Below, piece after piece: positions 60,812-64,000 of a stretch of DNA of 64,000 nucleotides. The stretch's first letter is position 1. Every line of letters begins with the position of its first letter. The position numbers and the translations under genes were made by a program. Location of the stretch: assembly GCA_039589295.1 (NCBI GenBank), contig JBDHHR010000004.1, forward strand, positions 26,554 through 90,553. The letters are read 5' to 3'. The notes beneath the pieces were generated by a model, which did no database searches, was not told the origin of the DNA, and saw only the letters and a list, made by a program, of their open reading frames with translations. The stretch is from Gemmatimonadota bacterium. GTDB taxonomy: Bacteria; Gemmatimonadota; Gemmatimonadetes; Palauibacterales; Palauibacteraceae.

Positions 60812-60841
60812 AGTATAGGCTGGACCCGGCCTCAGCGTCAA
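60812..60841 (-). promoter_or_regulatory. Sigma70 promoter of yicC-gmk-rpoZ operon
   Basis: TTGACG (60841-60836), 18 nt, TATACT (60817-60812). Confidence 0.7.
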
Positions 60842-60933
60842 CGGCGAGGACCTATAGCGACACTTACATCCATTTCATTTAACATTATATTCTACAAAGA
60901 CTTCTACTGCACCGGCCGACGACATGGAACGTC

Positions 60934-62859
60934 TCAGTTCAGGAACTCCCACTTCACTCCGAACACCGAGCGTCGGCTGGGGAACACCAGGCCCGGTTGG
61001 TCCTGTGCCGCCTGCCCCGTCATGTTCTCGAACCTCCAGTAGATGCGCACATCCAGGACGCGGACCATCAGGTCCCAGTCGAAGAACGTATAGGCTGGAA
61101 CAGCAATCAGGGGCTCCCCCCCGGCCGGAGGGCCCGCTGGATTCGCGGCGCTGAACATCGCATCCCGGCGATCAAGGCGGACCGCCATTCTCAACTCCAG
61201 GTTGCCATCGAGGAATTCGTCGTGGAAGAACAGCTCTCCGCGAACTATGCTCTCGGGCAGATATGCTGGGGTGCCGTCCGAGAGGATGGAGGTGTAGCGC
61301 CAGAATCCTCTTATCCTCAAGGGCGCCACGCCACCCAAGATCATCCCCAGCGGCAGAATAGGCCCCGAAACGCCGGTCTCGAACGCCAGCAGTTCCAACC
61401 CATCTCCTGCCGGCTGCTCCAGATCGAAGATCGCCCCGAACGGGAGCTGCCGGTTGACGGACTGGTACTCGACCCGCTCCGAGATGCGGAACGGACCGAT
61501 CGGCATCCCCAGGGTTCCGGCGGCCGCGTCGAACGACAGTGAGTCGGTGGTGCCGCGCGCCGGATAGGTTACGCCGCGTCGGCCCGAGGCACCCTGCACC
61601 GTGAACGACCCTTGCAGAGGCAGGCGCGTGAGCGCGATTCCGCCTCGCGCTTCCGCCGTAGTGAACCCGTCCCACCCCGTCATTCGGCCACCGGCCTCCA
61701 AAGCTAGCCACGGCGTGAGTTGGAATCCCGCTTCGCCGTTGACGTCGACCTGAGGAAAGATATCGTCGTCCCACACGTCCATCCCGGCGCGGAACCACCC
61801 CCACTCACCCGAGCCGGTCAGGCGGAAACCGGCGTTGTTCGTGTCCCGTACCTTCTCATCGTCCAACTTCAGCTCGGTTGATCCGACGAACCCCTGGGCC
61901 TGCAGTCCCGGCATCAAGTTACCTCGACCGCGCAGGAACAGTTCGGTCCGGTTGATGTCGGCCGGTCCGAAGACTGTGCGATTCAGACTCTCGGCGTCGA
62001 AATGAAGCTCAACGCCGGCGTTCCCTTCCCCGGGAATCCACTCGATATTGCCCCAGAAATCGAAGTCGTCCTCCGGTGTCTCGCTGGCGGTGTTCAGCAG
62101 ATCCGCTGACGCAGCGACATTGAAGTGGCGCCCCGCGCTGTTAGTATAGACCAGCCGGAGGCGGCTCAGACCCGGGTCTCCGGTGCCGCCCGTAATCCGC
62201 GAGTACGCGGGCGCGGACGAACGATGAACGGTGGTGAGCTCTGCCGTCCATCCGTCAGCACGTCTTCGCACCCGAACCCCGTCCACATAGGCCAGGGCGA
62301 TGCGCGTCAGGTCCACCTGGCCGGCCTCCAGGGGCGTCAGCTCTCTACCGTCGACAGAGACGCTGACAAAACCCGGACCGAACGCTCCCGCGAGCACGTG
62401 ATGCGGTCCACCGAACCAGGTGGCCCGTACTGCCGTCAGACCGGGCACGACTTCGGTGAGAAGATCCAGGAGGGTCAGCGCATTCGAGGCGAGGATCGTC
62501 TCCCTGTCCCATTCGTACATGGGGGCCGCGTGGCCTTCGGACGGCACCTGCAGTTCTGGAATCAGGTGGGGGAACGGGCGGTCGGCAGCGGCAGAGTCCT
62601 GCAGCGTGCCCGTAAGCTCTCCGGGAAGCGGTCCGACGGCCGGTCCACCGGCAGCCGCCTCGTCCGCGGCCGCTGAATCAGCGGGAATAGCAGGGCGCGG
62701 ATCCGTAGGTTCCTGTGGCAAGCCCTGCACCGGGAAGGCCAGGACCGCGGCGACCAGCAGCAGGCCGGAATCGGCCGACGGGAGGCGTCGCTCGCGGTGC
62801 CTTGCCGCCCGGCCCGAGTGGATCCGTGTACCAGACTGCCGAGAAACCTGAACACCCAC
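60934..62859 (-). CDS. Hypothetical outer-membrane protein, TonB-dependent-receptor-like plug plus beta-barrel
   Basis: Signal-like LLLVAAVLAFP; plug-like LLDLLTEVVPGL...VSVDGREL...DLTRI; C-terminal FGVKWEFLN strand. Confidence 0.7.
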   Translation of the reverse strand: MGVQVSRQSGTRIHSGRAARHRERRLPSADSGLLLVAAVLAFPVQGLPQEPTDPRPAIPADSAAADEAAAGGPAVGPLPGELTGTLQDSAAADRPFPHLIPELQVPSEGHAAPMYEWDRETILASNALTLLDLLTEVVPGLTAVRATWFGGPHHVLAGAFGPGFVSVSVDGRELTPLEAGQVDLTRIALAYVDGVRVRRRADGWTAELTTVHRSSAPAYSRITGGTGDPGLSRLRLVYTNSAGRHFNVAASADLLNTASETPEDDFDFWGNIEWIPGEGNAGVELHFDAESLNRTVFGPADINRTELFLRGRGNLMPGLQAQGFVGSTELKLDDEKVRDTNNAGFRLTGSGEWGWFRAGMDVWDDDIFPQVDVNGEAGFQLTPWLALEAGGRMTGWDGFTTAEARGGIALTRLPLQGSFTVQGASGRRGVTYPARGTTDSLSFDAAAGTLGMPIGPFRISERVEYQSVNRQLPFGAIFDLEQPAGDGLELLAFETGVSGPILPLGMILGGVAPLRIRGFWRYTSILSDGTPAYLPESIVRGELFFHDEFLDGNLELRMAVRLDRRDAMFSAANPAGPPAGGEPLIAVPAYTFFDWDLMVRVLDVRIYWRFENMTGQAAQDQPGLVFPSRRSVFGVKWEFLN

Positions 62860-62868
62860 GTACGCGGC

Positions 62869-64000
<1,132 letters not shown>

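Overview
GC-rich bacterial core-genome segment; gene content and protein style suggest Gemmatimonadota (inference, not verified). About 60 CDS, nearly all on the minus strand in tightly coupled operons: icd / plug-barrel OMP; yicC-gmk-rpoZ-coaBC-udg-dnaB-radA-ispD-tsaC-LMW phosphatase-aroE-comF-gap-pgk-tpiA-secG; carA-sppA-HU/IHF; hyp-moaD-moaE-moaA-hyp; mdh; a complete complex I operon nuoAB(CD)EFGHIJKLMN; pmm-arcC-sucCD-ndk; yceD-rpmF-plsX-fabDG-acpP-fabF-mqnE-mqnC-purE-ispF-dedA-xerD-nitroreductase-OMP; kdsB-pyrG. I found no tRNA, rRNA, CRISPR array, mobile element or defence island, and no clearly novel multi-gene system. The best leads are modest: a Rex/CRP-type palindrome at the nuo transcription start, several structured leaders (secG, sppA, aspC), a degenerate HD-GYP protein, a helical-repeat lipoprotein with an ECF-like promoter, two uncharacterised outer-membrane proteins, an orphan carbamate kinase ahead of sucCD-ndk, and small unknown genes flanking moaDEA. 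All calls come from motif recognition by eye; start codons are best estimates.
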